A stretch of 64,000 bases of DNA from Eledone cirrhosa. Its lineage: Eukaryota. Shown piece after piece: positions 27,140 through 41,338 of the stretch (the stretch's first letter is position 1; every line of letters starts with the position of its first letter). The notes below the pieces were generated by a model. It was not told where the DNA came from. It was given only the letters and a program-made list of their open reading frames with translations, and searched no databases. The translations under genes and the position numbers were made by a program. The stretch is taken from NCBI GenBank assembly GCA_964016885.1, contig OZ024742.1:81840001-81904000 (forward strand), in the 5' to 3' direction.

Positions 27140-27217
27140 ATTAAATCGACTTCCCCTTCCCCCAAATTACTGGCCTTGTGCCTATATAAGAAACCATTAT
27201 TATTATTATTATTATTA
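27140..27217 (+). mobile_element. SINE 3' fragment with (TTA)n tail
   Basis: 'aatcgacttccccttcccccaaattactggccttgtgcctatataagaaaccattattatt' resembles the octopus SINE 3' end. Confidence 0.5.
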
Positions 27218-30200
27218 ACATTTGTCTAATCGGACGTATTTTCCCGCTCCCAGTAAGTCGCTTTATTTGCCTGTTAATATTATTTGTTGTTAAATATTTA
27301 TTTTTGTGTAAGGGATATAAGCCCTTGGAGTTTGCCCTGTGAAGGGGAAAGTATAATATTTGGGCCTTTTGGCCCAACTATTTGAACTTTTTTTACATTT
27401 AAAAAATTTACGGAGAAAAAAAAAAACATGGCTGAGCCACGCCCCCCAGCGATATGTCTGCTGTTGTGCCACAACGACGTAGAAGGTCAGAGGAGCGCTA
27501 CAGCGAAATTAACACAAATTGATAACACAAACAACACCACAAACAATGTAAACAAAGACACCAATGATACCAATGAGGACTCTAATTTTGAAAAAATTGA
27601 CAGTAACAGCGGCACCGAAAATACAGATAACAAAAAAACAAATGACAAATGCAACAACAATATCAACACCACTAACATGAAAACAAATAGCGACAACACC
27701 ACAGCAACAATACCAACTGCACCGAGAACAACGGTGGCAACAAAGACAACAATGATAACAGCGACAGTGATAACAACAACACCAACAAGAACAACGAAAA
27801 CGACAACAACAACCCCAACGAAAACAAGAAGAGCACTTTCGCTGCGGCAGCAGCAAAAAAGAGGCGATGCTTCAACATGGACCTCTCAAACAAAGGAGAA
27901 AAGTTGGCCCTGGCATGGAAGCTCTTCAAGCAAGAACAAACCTGGGCCAACTTAACTGTCCCGGTAGAAGCTATTGAGGCAGTGGAACGCAGAACGGTGC
28001 ATTATAGATGCATATCAGCACAAACCAAAAGGGCAGCTTTAATCACACAAGAAGATGTCGAAGTCGCGCTGAGATGCATCAGAGAAGACACCGAATACAT
28101 AGAGAAGGGCAGACAGTACGGCACCTTTCGGTGTTGTTCAAGTCAGAATCCCTCGCTATAAAACACGCTATTACTCCTTGCAAAACCAGCAAGGTCATAC
28201 TGTACCCCTCCCACATGGGGAAAAAGAACGGCCCGTCTCCGCATTCCCAGAATCCCTGGGATGTGTGATTGTGGAGGGGACGGATACCGTCCCTATAGAA
28301 GTGACCAGAACGGCCAGAGAGGACTGGTCCGGGGTTGACCTGAAGATCCTTCTCCAGATCTGGCCAGGGAATGTGAAGCCAATCCCGGACCACATCCGCC
28401 TTCAGAATGGGACGATCATTCACATTATGACCGAAGGCAAAAAGCCGCAGTGTTTTCTTTGTGTGGAAAAAACCCATTTGCGAGCCTTCTGCCCTCAACT
28501 GCTAAAAGAGGCAAGGGGTCGACAGGCTCCAGTGCTGCCGACGCCGGAGCGAGGACCACAACCAACACCAGCACCGGCAAAACCACCAACAACAACACCA
28601 ATAAAAAGACCACCAACATTGACCACCCAGGGGGGAAACGAGGAAAGATGTCAAATTCCCCCTCCCCCCCAAATACACACACCAATAAAACCATAAACAT
28701 ACATACAGACACACTTACAGATACACTTACAGATACATACCCCTCAACTACCAGTAGTGAAGATGAAGGAAAACCAAAATCCCCCAAAATACAAAAAAAG
28801 GAAACATAAAAAGAAAAAAAAAACTCAACAAAGCACAAAGTCACCCACAATGAAAAGCGCAGACACCACCCACGCAAACATCTCTCCAATAACAGCAACT
28901 ACAGCACCACCATCACCATCACCAGACTCCCCCAAACGCAAACAACCTAAACAAACGCAAGAACAAATATACACACAAACATCTGAAACCACAGACACCG
29001 CATTCACAACAAACACAGTCAAAACCGAAACAACACCACCAAAACAATCACCACCACAACCACGCAAACAAATGAAATCACACTAACAAAACATACAAAA
29101 CGTTGTGCTCGTCAGGAGGACCAACAAGGAACTGATGGCCCTCGTAGCACGAAGTGAAAATATACAAAAAGAGGGGGAAATGTTTAAATCGAGCATATTT
29201 CGCGTGTCGGAAGATTTGGTTCTCGTGCGAATGTCGATCGATTAATACAAAGACATACAAGACAGCTTTCCTCGGGACGTGGGAACCCCGAACGTAAAAC
29301 CCACTTCAAGACTTTTAATGGGGCTCCCAAAAGAAACCCCACAAATTATGGATGTCGAACAAGCGCCCGGAAGGTAAGTAAACCTTTCCTCTCTCGCTTT
29401 TTAACCTGCCAACATGGCCGTATTAAGAGTAGGATGTTTAAATGTTCGAGGCCTGGGATCGTCCTGGAAACAGGGTCACCTGCTCAATGACCTCAGGTCA
29501 CTAGAAATGGATGTAATTGCCGCACTAGCTTCAATTTTCGACGACTATCAGATCTTTGCATCTGTTAGCCAGCCGGGAATGGAAGGCGGGGTGGCAGTGC
29601 TGTTTAGGAAATGCTTGGATCACGAGGTAAGATCAATCTTCCGGGACACGGATGGGAGGTTTGTGGTCCTGGACGTGAACAATAACGAAGATAGTGCCTT
29701 TAGACTGGTGGCCGTCTAGGCTCCTACTGTGGCAGGACGGCAGGACTTCTTTAGACACCTGGAAGCCTTTCTGGGTACGTCTCGCCCTTTAGTGTTAGAG
29801 GGGGACTGGAACGGCATCTTAGACGCACGCTAGGACTGTGTGGGAGTATCCGAGAGGAGCGGGGGGTGCAACGGCTTCAAGAACCTGATCAGCCAGTTCC
29901 AACTGTCTGACAGGTACTGACTAGATTTCCCTAATGCGCCAGTGTGGATCTGGGCTAACCGCATAGGGTCATCTAGATCGTATATAGACAGGATATTCAT
30001 TAGGAAAATAGACAGAAATAGTGTAATCTGTCCACGTTTTGAAACGGTCACCTATTCAGATCACAAGTGTGTGATCTGTATGGTCGACCTAGATAAGACG
30101 CGTAGGTTAGGACCTGGTTACTGGAAGCTATACATGTCATTTCCGGCACGTAAGGCTTACAGGGACCAGGTCAGCAATTTAGTGAAGAAAAAGTTGACAG

Positions 30201-32783
30201 GGGGAGTCGTCAACAATAGATGGTGGGGGGCTCTCAAAAGAGAGATTAGAGTAATGTCGATAGAGTTTAGCAAAGAACTAGCGTTAGAAAAAAATAGAAA
30301 GGAGGGGGAGTTGGTAGATAAGTTAGACGAGGCTCTTGGTAGTGGCATTGCAACTGACGTGCTAAGCGGCGAGAATGGTATTAGACCATTTCTTCAATGC
30401 GAAACACGAACGTTGCATTCAGCGCTAAGGCGCGTGCTCTGAGATACGAGGGAACCATAGCTGTTCGATGGGCCCGCGTGGCAGAGGCGCAGCGTGGTAA
30501 TAAAACCACGATTCGGTCTTTCAGGGACCGAGACGGACACGAGCTGAGCGATTCCAAGCAGACGTGCGAGGCATTTCGCCAACATTTAGCTCGGTTGTTC
30601 GGGGGAAGTGGCGAGTCAGGGATGCTGGTGGACTTCAGTCCCTACATCGATGGCTTGCCGCAACTCTCGACGGCTGACGCTGGGCGCTGCGAAAGGCCAA
30701 TTACTTCAGCCGAGATTCAGAATGCCCTTGTCGGCTGCATGAGGTGCGTGTCACCCGGTTTGGATGGTCTTCTCTACGAGCTTTTCGTAAATATGCCAGA
30801 CTTGTTCTCCAACCTCCTCGAAGCCCTCTACTGCAACTGGCAGCAAAACGGGAGTATCCCAGATCTGTGAGCCGAGGGGTAGTGTCGCTGATAAGGAAAG
30901 ACGAGAACAAAAGGGACAGATTAGACAATTTCAGGCCCATTACTCTGCTCAACACAGAGTTTATGATTTGGGCCAGGATGTTAGTGAAGAGGTTGGCGCT
31001 TGTCGTCGGGGTTTCGGTTGGGGAGGCGCAAACTTTTGCAATCCCCACCAGGTCCATAAACGACAACCTCCACCTAATGTGATACATCATAGAGAGGGTT
31101 GGGTGTAAACCTGGCTTCGGTGGGGCTCTGATCAATTTAGATCAATCGAAAGCATTCGATGGGGTCGAGTATCGGTACCCGGAGGCTGTTCTCAAGGCGG
31201 CTGGCTTCGGCCCCATCTTCAGAAGCTGGATCGCATCAATGCACAGCGGCACCTGCTTGATGGTTAAAATTAATGGCCACCTCTCGGAACCGTTTCAGGT
31301 CTCCCGATCGGTCCGCCAAGGATGTCCTCTCTACTCCCTTATGTATGTATCGAGCCTTTACTGCGGAAGCTGAAGCTGTTGCAGGGCATCCCGCTCGAAC
31401 CGGGACGCGGAAAAGCTGTGTCGGCTTATACGGACGACATCACCGTGATGGTGTCGCACACCTCAGAAATCGAGGTGGTTGGTAACTTATTGGAGGTATA
31501 TGAAAGGTTGACGGGAGCAAAACTTAACCCGGAAAAGTCGGTGGGCTTGCAACTCGGCACCTGGAGAGGAAAGGCCATGGCGTCCAACAGCGTCGTTAGG
31601 CGCTGTTACGGACGGACCGGTAAAGTTGCTCGGGGTTTGGTTCGGGCCAGACCTCCAGGTGGATAAGAATTGGGACGAGGTGACGGGCAGGGTAGACAGT
31701 CTCACCCAGAAATGGGCTGGGATGAAGCTATCACTGAAAAGTCGGGCAGAGGTGGCGAACGCATGCATCGCGTCCGTCATCTACTAACATCTGACGGTCG
31801 TCCTTTGTCCCTGTTCGCGCCTCGCCATCTTGGAGCGCCTCCTCTTTAAATTCTTGTGGAGGGGTCAGGTTTCGCTGGTGAGGCGGTCCCTCTACTGCCT
31901 GCACCCTCTACGTGGAGGGCTAGGCATGCCGTGGCTAATGATGCGCAGGCACACCCTGAGGCTGCGCCATCTCCAGATATTCTCCCTAAACGTTGAACAG
32001 GTGTGGTCGCCGTTTGTTAGACCTTCCTTTCCGCAGCTCGTTTCTTTGACTGAGCTGCAGTCCTGGGGCAAGAAGAGACCGAGACTGGGTGACTGGCATC
32101 TGAAATGTTGCCAGGCACTCACTGCTCTCTACCAGGCGGGCAATGCGGTCAGTGGAACCTCCACTCTCGAGTTCTATAGATGATTAGTGGTTGGATGTGC
32201 GACGACGCACTCGGAGAGGCTCTGGGATTCAACGATGTCAGACTGACCAGTCTGTACTGGAGGACTTTCTAGCAGGGGACGATGGATAATTTCCAAAAAT
32301 CCCTCGCTTGGCAGTGCTACCGGGGGCACAGCCGGTTCGAGATAAACTCTAGAGGCACGGAAGAGCTGTCAACGGACCTGCCCTAGATGCACGCAGAGCG
32401 ACGAAAGCGTTCTGCACTTTTCTCTTAGGCCAATCCCTCATCAACTTTTTCAATTTTCACTTGGAAAGGAAGGTGAGGGTGGAGAGAGAATGGCCCATGT
32501 GAGTGGACCTACTCTGGTCATGCAGCTGTAGGTAGGTAAATTTGAGGAGGAGAGGGGGTGCCCTGCCAGGGTGCTCTCGAAGCGTCTGGTCGTTCAGGAT
32601 TGGTGGGGTACCTGAACGAACCCTGGGTGGTCATTACCCCTATTGGGGAATTTTTTCTTGTAATTTTATTGTTACTTTGTTATTGTTATTCATATTGTTT
32701 ACTCAATTTTTCTGTAAACCCCACTGTCCCAGTCTTTTGTATTGTCCCCTATATGTCGGCCCTTGAGGCCAATAAATGAAATC
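27218..32783 (+). mobile_element. L1/Tx1-like LINE, near full length, decayed (copy 1)
   Basis: ORF1 from 27428 has the CCHC knuckle CFLCVEKTHLRAFC. ORF2 from 29414 has APE motifs (LNVRGL, GDWN, SYIDRIF, SDH), RT motifs (SPGLDGL, FRPITLLN, RQGCPLS, AYTDD) and a C-terminal CPRC. (TTA)n on both sides. Confidence 0.92.
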
Positions 32784-32800
32784 ATTATTATTATTATTAT

Positions 32801-35800
32801 TGTTGTTCATTGAGTATCAGTCATTGATGTTATTTAACTGGAAAGTTTGTTGAAATGAATATCAAGCCACTACCTGCAGCCTCAGATATTTAGGACGTAT
32901 CGGAGGGCTCTTTCTGTTCCTAGCAAGCATGCCTTTTGAAGCGTTCCAAAGCAGAGCTGGACTAATCTTCTTTAACCATCCTTGGAAACTCTTTCAGATA
33001 GTACCTAGTGACGATCGGCACGACCTTGATTTCATGGCAGTTCCAAATCCTTTTTAACTCCCACTTTAAATCCTTGTATCGGTTAATTTTCTCCCTCTCC
33101 TTTTCTTGCACTCTCGTTTCAAATGGGCAGGCTACATCTACAATCAGGTACGATTGTTTTTCCTTGTCCAAAACCACCAGCTCAGGCCTATTTCGTTCTA
33201 ATTTCTTGTCTGTCCGTCTGTATCCTAAAATCCCATAGTACCTTCACCTGATCGTTTTCTATCACCGACTCCGGCTTATGCTGATACCACTTTTCAGAAT
33301 GTGGTAAATTGTGTACTTTGCATAGATGTCAGTGGATCACCCTGCCTATCACATCATGTATCCAGCCTTTATAGTGAGTCTGGGCTAGGTGTTTACACTC
33401 GAATACAATGTGAGCCTCATTCTCCTCTTTCTCTCTCCATAGATCCTACACAGTGAGCTAGCCTCGTCATTGTCAATATGCTGTTTCACCCACTTCGTTC
33501 TTAGGGCTTGCGCTTGCGCAGCCATATGGATTCCTTCCGTAGCTATTTTAAGGTCACCTCTTTTTAACCTGTTCCATATATGTGGGTCTCTAAATTCCGT
33601 TTTCTTAAATAATGTGCTATGAAGGGATTTTTCATGAAGGTTGCTCTTCCTCATTGTTGTTATTTGCACCTTGGAGATCCCCTGGTATATTTTATTTTCC
33701 TTCAGAACAATTTTGAACATTAGGTCCCTACTGTCAGTCACATATTAGTGCAGGTTTTCTTCTCCATCTGAACACAGTCCTCTATGCTGAAAAGACCTCT
33801 TCCACCTTCAGATCTCTTTAAGTAGACTCTATCGATACCACTCCTCTTGTGGAACATGTTGTAGATAGTCAATAGGTTCCTAGTTTTCCTGTCCATTTCT
33901 TTTTGTTCAGCAACATTCCATTTCATAATTCCCGCACTGTACCTAATAATAGACACAGCTCGGGAATTTACTGCAATTATGATATTCCTACTATTTAGAT
34001 GTGATTTTAATACGCTCCTTCCTCTCCGAATGTACTCAGATCTTATTAATTCCTTCATCTTTTTGTTCTTGATGTCATCTGCCTCCAGAACACCTAACTA
34101 TTTGTATCCTTCTTCAGTGTCAATTTCCGTTGCTTCTGCTCAATTTACCCCTTTTCATCACTAGGACTCCACACTTATTAACACAAAATTGCATACATAT
34201 ATCATTGCTGAAAATACGGACAGTGTCAACAAGTACATCCAACTCCTTCTCACTCTTCCCAAAGAGTTTAAGATCGTCCATGAAGAGGAGGTGGTTGCTG
34301 CTAAGCTTCCCCTCCCCAACTTGTATCCTGCTCTCACTTTTCGCAATATAACGGAGAGGGGTTCGGGGCAAGGACAAACAGCAGAGGGGACAAACTATCT
34401 CCCTAGAAGATACCTCTCTTGATCTTCACGCCTTGCAAGGATTCTCCACCTGATGTTTAATCTGTTTCTCAGGACTTACTACTTTTGCATCCTTTCTGTT
34501 CGTCCGGTAACAAGTTGTTTATGTGGAGGTGATGGTAGATTTCCTCAGACACAATGCTTGTTAACAGTTTCCACATTACGGACAGACATGTGATAGGCCT
34601 ATAGTTGGTAACATCATTACCCTTGATTCGTTCTTTTATTACCAGAACTGTGGTGCCTTTTGTCAACCACTCTTGTACTTCATCCGACATCAAGCATTCA
34701 TTGAACATGCTTGTCAGTTTCGGGTGGAGGGATGTTATATTTTTAATCCAATACCCTTGCACACCATCTGGGCCTGGTGATTTCCAGTTTGGCCTCCACT
34801 ATTACAGTTTCAACTGTGATACTCAAATCAGGTTGGTGGTGTGCTTGTTCACTACTCTCCTTTTGAACTGTCTCAATCCACATTGCCTGACTATTATGTT
34901 CAAAATACTGCTCCCATATTCCTCTCCAGAATGTCTTAGTCTGTTCCGCCTCAGGGATCACGGTGTTGCCTCTTTGTTTCCCTCCAAGCTGTCCAAGCAA
35001 CATCTTCTGGTTGTTGTCGAACATGCAGTTCTGTCTATACTGACTAACTGTGTTCTCATACCGCCTAATCTGTGCACTCTTTGCTACTATGCGTTGCTTC
35101 AGTTACTCTATGATAATAATTAGCTTTTTGCCCCTAGTTTTGTATTTTATTTTCAATCTATCTTTAGTGTCTTTGTTTTGTAATGTCCCATCAAGTAAGG
35201 AGTCAAGCTTTCCAATGTCTTTTCTCATTTCCTTGATTTGACCATTCAGTCGTTTCTTCCATAAAGGTTCTGATCTTTCTTGTTTGTTGTTTCATCTCGT
35301 TTTTCTGCCAAGTAATTTCGTCACTGCATTTGAGGTTGCCTTGTGGATATTGTTGTATTGGTGAAGGTTCCTCGCCTCAAGGTATGGGGTGACATTTTTT
35401 ACCTTAGCTGTTGTTTCCTTTAACTTTTTTCTGCCTACAAATCTTAGGTTCATATGTTTCCCACTATAATTGTTCATTTCCTCTACCACTAAGTTCAGGA
35501 TGTCAACCAAATCTTGCCCTAGCCCGTCAGTATTCATTTCCTCAATGGCCGTATCTCTGTTCCAGATGTTATTTATTTCAGCATTCAGATCATTGTCTGC
35601 TTCGGATGCTTCCTCAGGTCTCCCAACCTCTTCACCTTCTTCTCCATTTCCAGCTTAATTTCTCTGCTCAGTTCATCCAGTTCCAATTTAAATAGACCAA
35701 TCTTATTCCGTATGTCATGCATCCGTTTCCTATAGCCTTCTTCCATGGGGTTACTCTTCAGGTAAAATTTTATGACAGTTCTATTCGATTCTTTCGTACA

Positions 35801-36045
35801 GTTGGTTCTTGTCCCTTTCCTTCTTCTTCCTCCAACAACAGCAGTATCTGGATGACAGCCAGGTCCCTGCTGCTGGGACAGGGAGCACTTGCTGGGTGCG
35901 AGTCTTTCACATGACGTTCCAGCTGATATTCGAACTGTTTAAGTTCGACATTTAAACCCTCATATCGAGGATTGGTGAATGTATGGTTACATAACCAGCG
36001 GTGATTTTAGCGTGGCACCATCACGGTGTAGACGAACATAAATAA
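32801..36045 (-). mobile_element. R4/Dong-like RLE non-LTR retrotransposon, family A copy 1, decayed
   Basis: NYRPITCL, EQKG, HLLFMDDLKLF, EGGRGL, CRI..., IVDVACPFE and KINRYKDL motifs. 3' tail runs into the TAA tract, tail-to-tail with the Tx1 copy. Confidence 0.9.
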
Positions 36046-36065
36046 ATAAAAATAAAAATATTTAT

Positions 36066-36297
36066 TTTCTGTCTGTATCCTAAATTCCCATAGCACCTTC
36101 ACAGGTTCTATGGGATTTTAGGATACAGACAGTCAAGAAATTAGAACACAATATGCCTGACCTGGTGGTTTTGGACAAGGAAAAAAGATTGTACCTGATT
36201 GTAGATGAAGCCTACCCATTTGACACGAGAGTGCAAGAAAAGGAGAAGGAGAACATTAACCACTACCAGGATTTAAAGTGGGAGTTAAAAAGGATTT
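36066..36297 (+). mobile_element. Family A RLE-domain fragment with foldback 5' junction
   Basis: PDLVVLDKEK...YQDLKWELKRI. 36069-36093 is inverted relative to 36107-36131. Confidence 0.8.
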
Positions 36298-36316
36298 ATT
36301 ATTATTATTATTATTA

Positions 36317-39300
36317 CAATTGCATTTATCTTGCTTTATGTTCATACGAGTTATCACCAAGTCACAACCAGTGACCTCAAGAGACAACAAGGTCCACCAT
36401 GTTCAAGAAAGAACATACATACTCACACATGCATCTTTAGTGTTTAGACTTGTGATGTACTTATATTGACAGCATCTTCCTTAGTATATGGGCAGTTCCC
36501 AATAGTACTATCTTTTGTATTTCTCCTATACGCGGGTTTCCTGGGATTGACGATATGTAATCATTAGACCCCTTAGGTATCATTCACAGAGCGCCTACAA
36601 CCACTGGTATTGTTTTAGTTCTCAATTTCCACATTTTTCCAATTTCTATCTCCAGGTCCTTATACTTGCTCAATTTTTCAAATGTTTTTATAGATACATT
36701 CTTGTCTATTGGAACAGACATATCAATTAGCAGGCATACCCTCTTTTTAAAGTCCTTCAATATTATATCAGGTCTATTTGCATCTATTTTTCGGTCTGTT
36801 TGGATGCTAAAGTTCCACGAGATTGAGATGTGATCTTTTTCAAGTATGGGAGGTGGTTGATGCTCCCACCAATTCTTTTGATGGGGCAGATCAAAATGCT
36901 TACACATTATCCAATGTATGTATTGTGCAGCTCTGTCATGCCTGTTTAGGTATTCGGTTTGAGCTATAGGACTGCACATTGAAATTATATGGTCAATGGT
37001 CTCTGGTTGTTTTTTGCATACACGGCATAATGGGCTGCAATTCATTTTTTATTATGTTGGCTTGGTAATTCTTTGTTGGCAGACACTGATCTTGTGCTGA
37101 TATGATCAGTCCTTCAGTCTCCGATTTCAGTCCAGAGGATGCCAACCACTGATGGGTTAAGGTTTTGTCAACATCAGCTTTGTTAGCTCGCTGTGGGTAT
37201 TTTCCATACTGAGGCTTTTCTTGCCATTTCTTAGCCAGTTTCTGTAGCAGTTCTTTCTTTGCAGTTAATTTTACCTGCTTTGTTTTTTCTGTGTTTTCCA
37301 TTTCAGCAGTAAATGGGACTTCTGAAATTTGTAGTCCATTACTGTATCTTTGTGCATCTTTTGTAATGGAATATGATCTTTTGATGCTTTCGTGTTTCAA
37401 AACGAGTTTGATCATCCAATCATGTGATTCCCTTAGATATGTAGATAATCCAATTGTTGCAGTTTTCAACGCAATGTCTAACTGGTTTAACCCACGTCCT
37501 CCTTCTTTCCTAGGGAGATATATACTATCTATATCTGCCTTAGGGTGATGCATTCTGTGCATGGTTAAGAGTTTTCGAATTTTTGTATGGAGCCTACGGA
37601 TCTCTGTGCTTGACCAGTTCATGATATTGTAACAGTAGGTTACTACAGGTATGGCAAGCGTGTTTATGGCATCGATCCTATTCCTTGCATTAAATTCCGT
37701 TCTTAAGATTGCTCCTACTCTGCGGTAACATTCCTTCCTTATCCTTTCCCTCATTGTCGAGTGCTTGATTCCTCTCCTTCACAAACACCTAGATATTTGT
37801 AAGTTTTTCTTGATCAAGTTCTCTTATCACGTTCCCCCGATCAAGATTAATGTCTGAACTCTTCAGCAGCTTTCCTCTGGTGAACGTTGCTTTGGCGCAT
37901 TTATCTAGTCCAAACTCCATTTTAATGTCATCACTGAACTGCTCCACAGTGGATAATAGCCCTTGCAAATGTTCATCATTTTTTGCAAATAGTTTCAGGT
38001 CATCCATGTAGAACAAGTGATTAATGGTTTTGTCATAGACTTTATATCCATGTTTTGTTTCATTGAGCATTTTACTTAATGGTATAAGTGCGATGCAGAA
38101 TAAAAGCGGTGATAAAGAGTCACCCTGAAACATTCCACAATTAATATTAACTTCTCCAGCTTCCAGTGATTTTGTTTCACTATGCAAAAGGAGTGTCGTT
38201 TTCCATGTCTTTATACTGAATGACAAAAACCTCCTGACGACGGGGGATATTTTGAAAATCTCTAAACATTTTTCAATCCAACTGTGTGGCAAAGTATCGA
38301 ATGCTTTTTTATAATCTATCCAAGCAATCGATAGATTTTTGTGTCTATTATGACAATCTTCCAGTATCATTTTGTTAACCAGAAGCTGATCCTTACAGCC
38401 ATATGATCCTCGTTTACACCCTTTCTGCTAAATGGGAAATTGATCATTTGTTATCAGGTGGTCATATGTGTATTCAGTTAGGACTGATGTTAAAATTTTA
38501 TACATTGTGGTCAAGCAAGTTATCGGTCTGTAATTTTTGGGATTGTTTGTCTCATCATTCTTCGGAAGCAGGAATGCAATGCCGTTAACTAGCCATGATC
38601 GTATCTTTTCTGGCTCCTTAACTATTCCATTGTAAAGTTGGGCTAACTGCTCATGAGACTCTGTGAAGGCATTTATCCAAAAGTTTTGTATTTTGTCTTT
38701 TCCTGGGGATTTCCCTTTGCTGATTTTTCTTAAAGCCAAGCGCAACTGTTCAACTGTTATATTTTCCCATATTTGTTCCTCAAGGTGAGCTGTATCTTTC
38801 ATTTGTCTGTCTATCCATGGGGCATGTATGTTATGAATTTTTTCTTCGGCCCAGATCTTTTCCCAGAATTCTTGCACTTCCTCTTTCGGTGGTATTTATT
38901 TAGCAGTTATTGTTGACTTACCTATTTTTCTGTAGAAGTTTCTTTGGTTGTTTTTGAACACATTATTGTCCTTATAGAATCTAGATCGTTTTTCAAAGCG
39001 CCTTATACGAGCAGCTTTGGCCGACACTTTTTGCTTGATTATTTCTATCAGCATGTCTATGTCACTTGTTGATTTTATACTGTACTTTTCTTTCAATTTT
39101 CTAAGTTTAGTTTGTTTAACATGTTCACCTACTTTATAGTTTGTAAACATTTCTATGTCAGATCGGAGAAGGTTTATTTGGCGATTGATGTTCTCTTGCC
39201 AAGTAGATTTCTTGTGGGATTTCCTTTGATATTTCATCTTCACTCCACATAAGTGAGTGGTGACTTTAGCTGATGCATAATAGAGATGATTTAAATCAGT

Positions 39301-40270
39301 AATGTTTAGTTTGTTTGTGATGATAATGTTTTTAAGAATTATGTTAGTCTTGTGTATCATCTTTTGTTTCTGTTTGGAGTTCTGGATCTTAGGGAGGGTG
39401 TCTCGTTGCCCCATGTCAGATTCTTTCATTTTCATCCATTCGATCATAATTTCATCCTTCAAGTTGGCAAGTTCATTCTCATTCATTTCCTTATCATTTA
39501 CGATCTCATTATTTTCATTTGGAGTTTCATCCTGAGCATGCACTCCCTCCACTTTTTCGATCCTTTCTTTAATTTGTCTGTTGCCAGTGATTCCGCCCCA
39601 ACCCTGGGATTCGAAGTGTTACAGTTTACCTCGTTTTCACTGACACATGTTTCATTTTCCCTTCGCTGACCTTGTGCTAATAGCTTGATCTGATCAATTT
39701 CTATATCAGTAAGTAACTTTTTTCTTACAATATTTATTCGTATATTGGCTAGTTTGTTACTGTCAATATAGCCTCTGTTTTCGGGATGTTTCTTTTTCCA
39801 GTTGATATATGTCTGTTCTGTATTCGATGTAATTGATGGGTAGTACATGGCAGTGTAGAAAGCCTCAAGGACTTCTTTATTATCTTTCCTTGACCATTTT
39901 TCTCACTTTTTTTTGGATTTCTTGGTGGTGAGCATGGAGGGCCAAGAGTAGGAGTATTCCGGTTATGGGAGGTCTCCAGCTCCGAAGTGATGGGAAGGTT
40001 TGAACCATTAGCTGATTTTTCGACCCCAGTCTGGTTCCTCTCTGAGCTACGCGGCCCTTTTTTACCCGGGTGACGGCTGATCCGGTATGAGATTTTATCA
40101 TTATACATTTACTTTATTTTTTCGCGTTTTATCCTTATCCGCCAAGGGGTAATCATTTCGTCTTTCCACTTCTAGAACGAATGTCAACCAAGACTAGAGG
40201 AGTCGTTCTCCCCTAGAGACACGGCTATTCCCCGCCGGCCGCCATCCCGGTATTTCTTGGTCACGGGGTT
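36317..40270 (-). mobile_element. R4/Dong-like RLE non-LTR retrotransposon, family B copy 1, apparently full length with multiple frameshifts
   Basis: Single long ORF from 40108, now broken. RT motifs [16 protein letters not shown] and [12 protein letters not shown] motif CRVC..H...C, RHD, and PD..D..K endonuclease. (TAA)n tail. Confidence 0.95.
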
Positions 40271-40409
40271 TTCTTTTTGTTGTTTTTTTTTAAATTGTTA
40301 TTATCATGAGTGGTTCCTTAATGTGAGCATTGCGTGGCTTAAGAATGAAATTATTAATAATTGTCTCCACTCCAGGCACAAGGCCAGCAATCACCCAGTG
40401 CATTAAATA

Positions 40410-41265
40410 ATATAATATACTTTTTGTTGTAGTTGGCTGTTATTGTTGTTGGCTATGTCGGTGGTGGTGCCTGGGCTTTTTATATTGTTGGTGAGGAAGG
40501 GGTGAGCCAGCAGTCCCATATTTGTTGATATTGTCGTTTGGCCTTTGCCAGGTCACTAAATCAATCTATATATATCTTTTGCTAGCCTCTCCCTTGTCTA
40601 GTGATACCGCCACCTTCCCCTTTCTCTCTCAAGTTAACAGGGGAATAGTGGTGGTAGCTTTGAAGGAGTGGTGGCGGCGGGGAAATGTGGGAGACACTAG
40701 CGGCGGTATCAATACTGAGACAGTGGTTGTGGTGATGTCGATACCGAGGCAGCTGTGGTGGTTACGTGATCGTATTACTGTAGTGATGGTGTTGTAGCGG
40801 TGGTAGCAATGAAGGAGTGGTGGCGGCGGTGATGGGATAGTGGTGGTAATGATGGCAGTAGTGAGTGGTGGTGGTGAAATTGCCGTTATCTGGCTGTTGT
40901 GTTTAGTGTACACAGAGAGGTGATGGGGTAGGTGCTGTATCTAGTTTCTGGTGTTGTTTGGCTGTTCTATATAGCGTAGACAGAGGAGGGGGGGGGGTCT
41001 TCTTCCATTTATAGCCATTTTCTTTTTTGAATATACAATGTACAATACAAAGTTGAATATTTGAATATTTGAGCCTTATAACAATATATTTTGGATCCGA
41101 ATGTTTTGGGGGCTCAAGCCGGTTGCTTTACGTAGCATTTGTACTAAGAGTTGTTATTTCACAAATGATTTAAATATGTTAAAAATTCAAAACTTACGGG
41201 AGCGATTTCATGACCTTCTACCACCTCGTGCGTCTTCTTCCCTTATTCTTAGTTCAAATATTTGA
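40410..41265 (-). mobile_element. 5' stub (UTR plus Thr/Pro-rich ORF1 start) of a further Tx1-like family
   Basis: Shares the 'cgctccc-gtaag' 5' motif with Tx1 copies 1 and 2. 40545-40605 (rc) resembles 63587-63650. Confidence 0.45.
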
Positions 41266-41270
41266 ATATA

Positions 41271-41271
<1 letters not shown>

Positions 41272-41337
<66 letters not shown>
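41272..41337. repeat. (TTA)n microsatellite between head-to-head LINE 5' ends
   Basis: Directly visible. Confidence 0.95.

Positions 41338-41338
<1 letters not shown>

Noticed and set aside
35940-36030. HDV-like ribozyme at the family A 5' end (TCCTCG)
   Set aside because: P1, P3 and P1.1 could not be assembled consistently in both copies.
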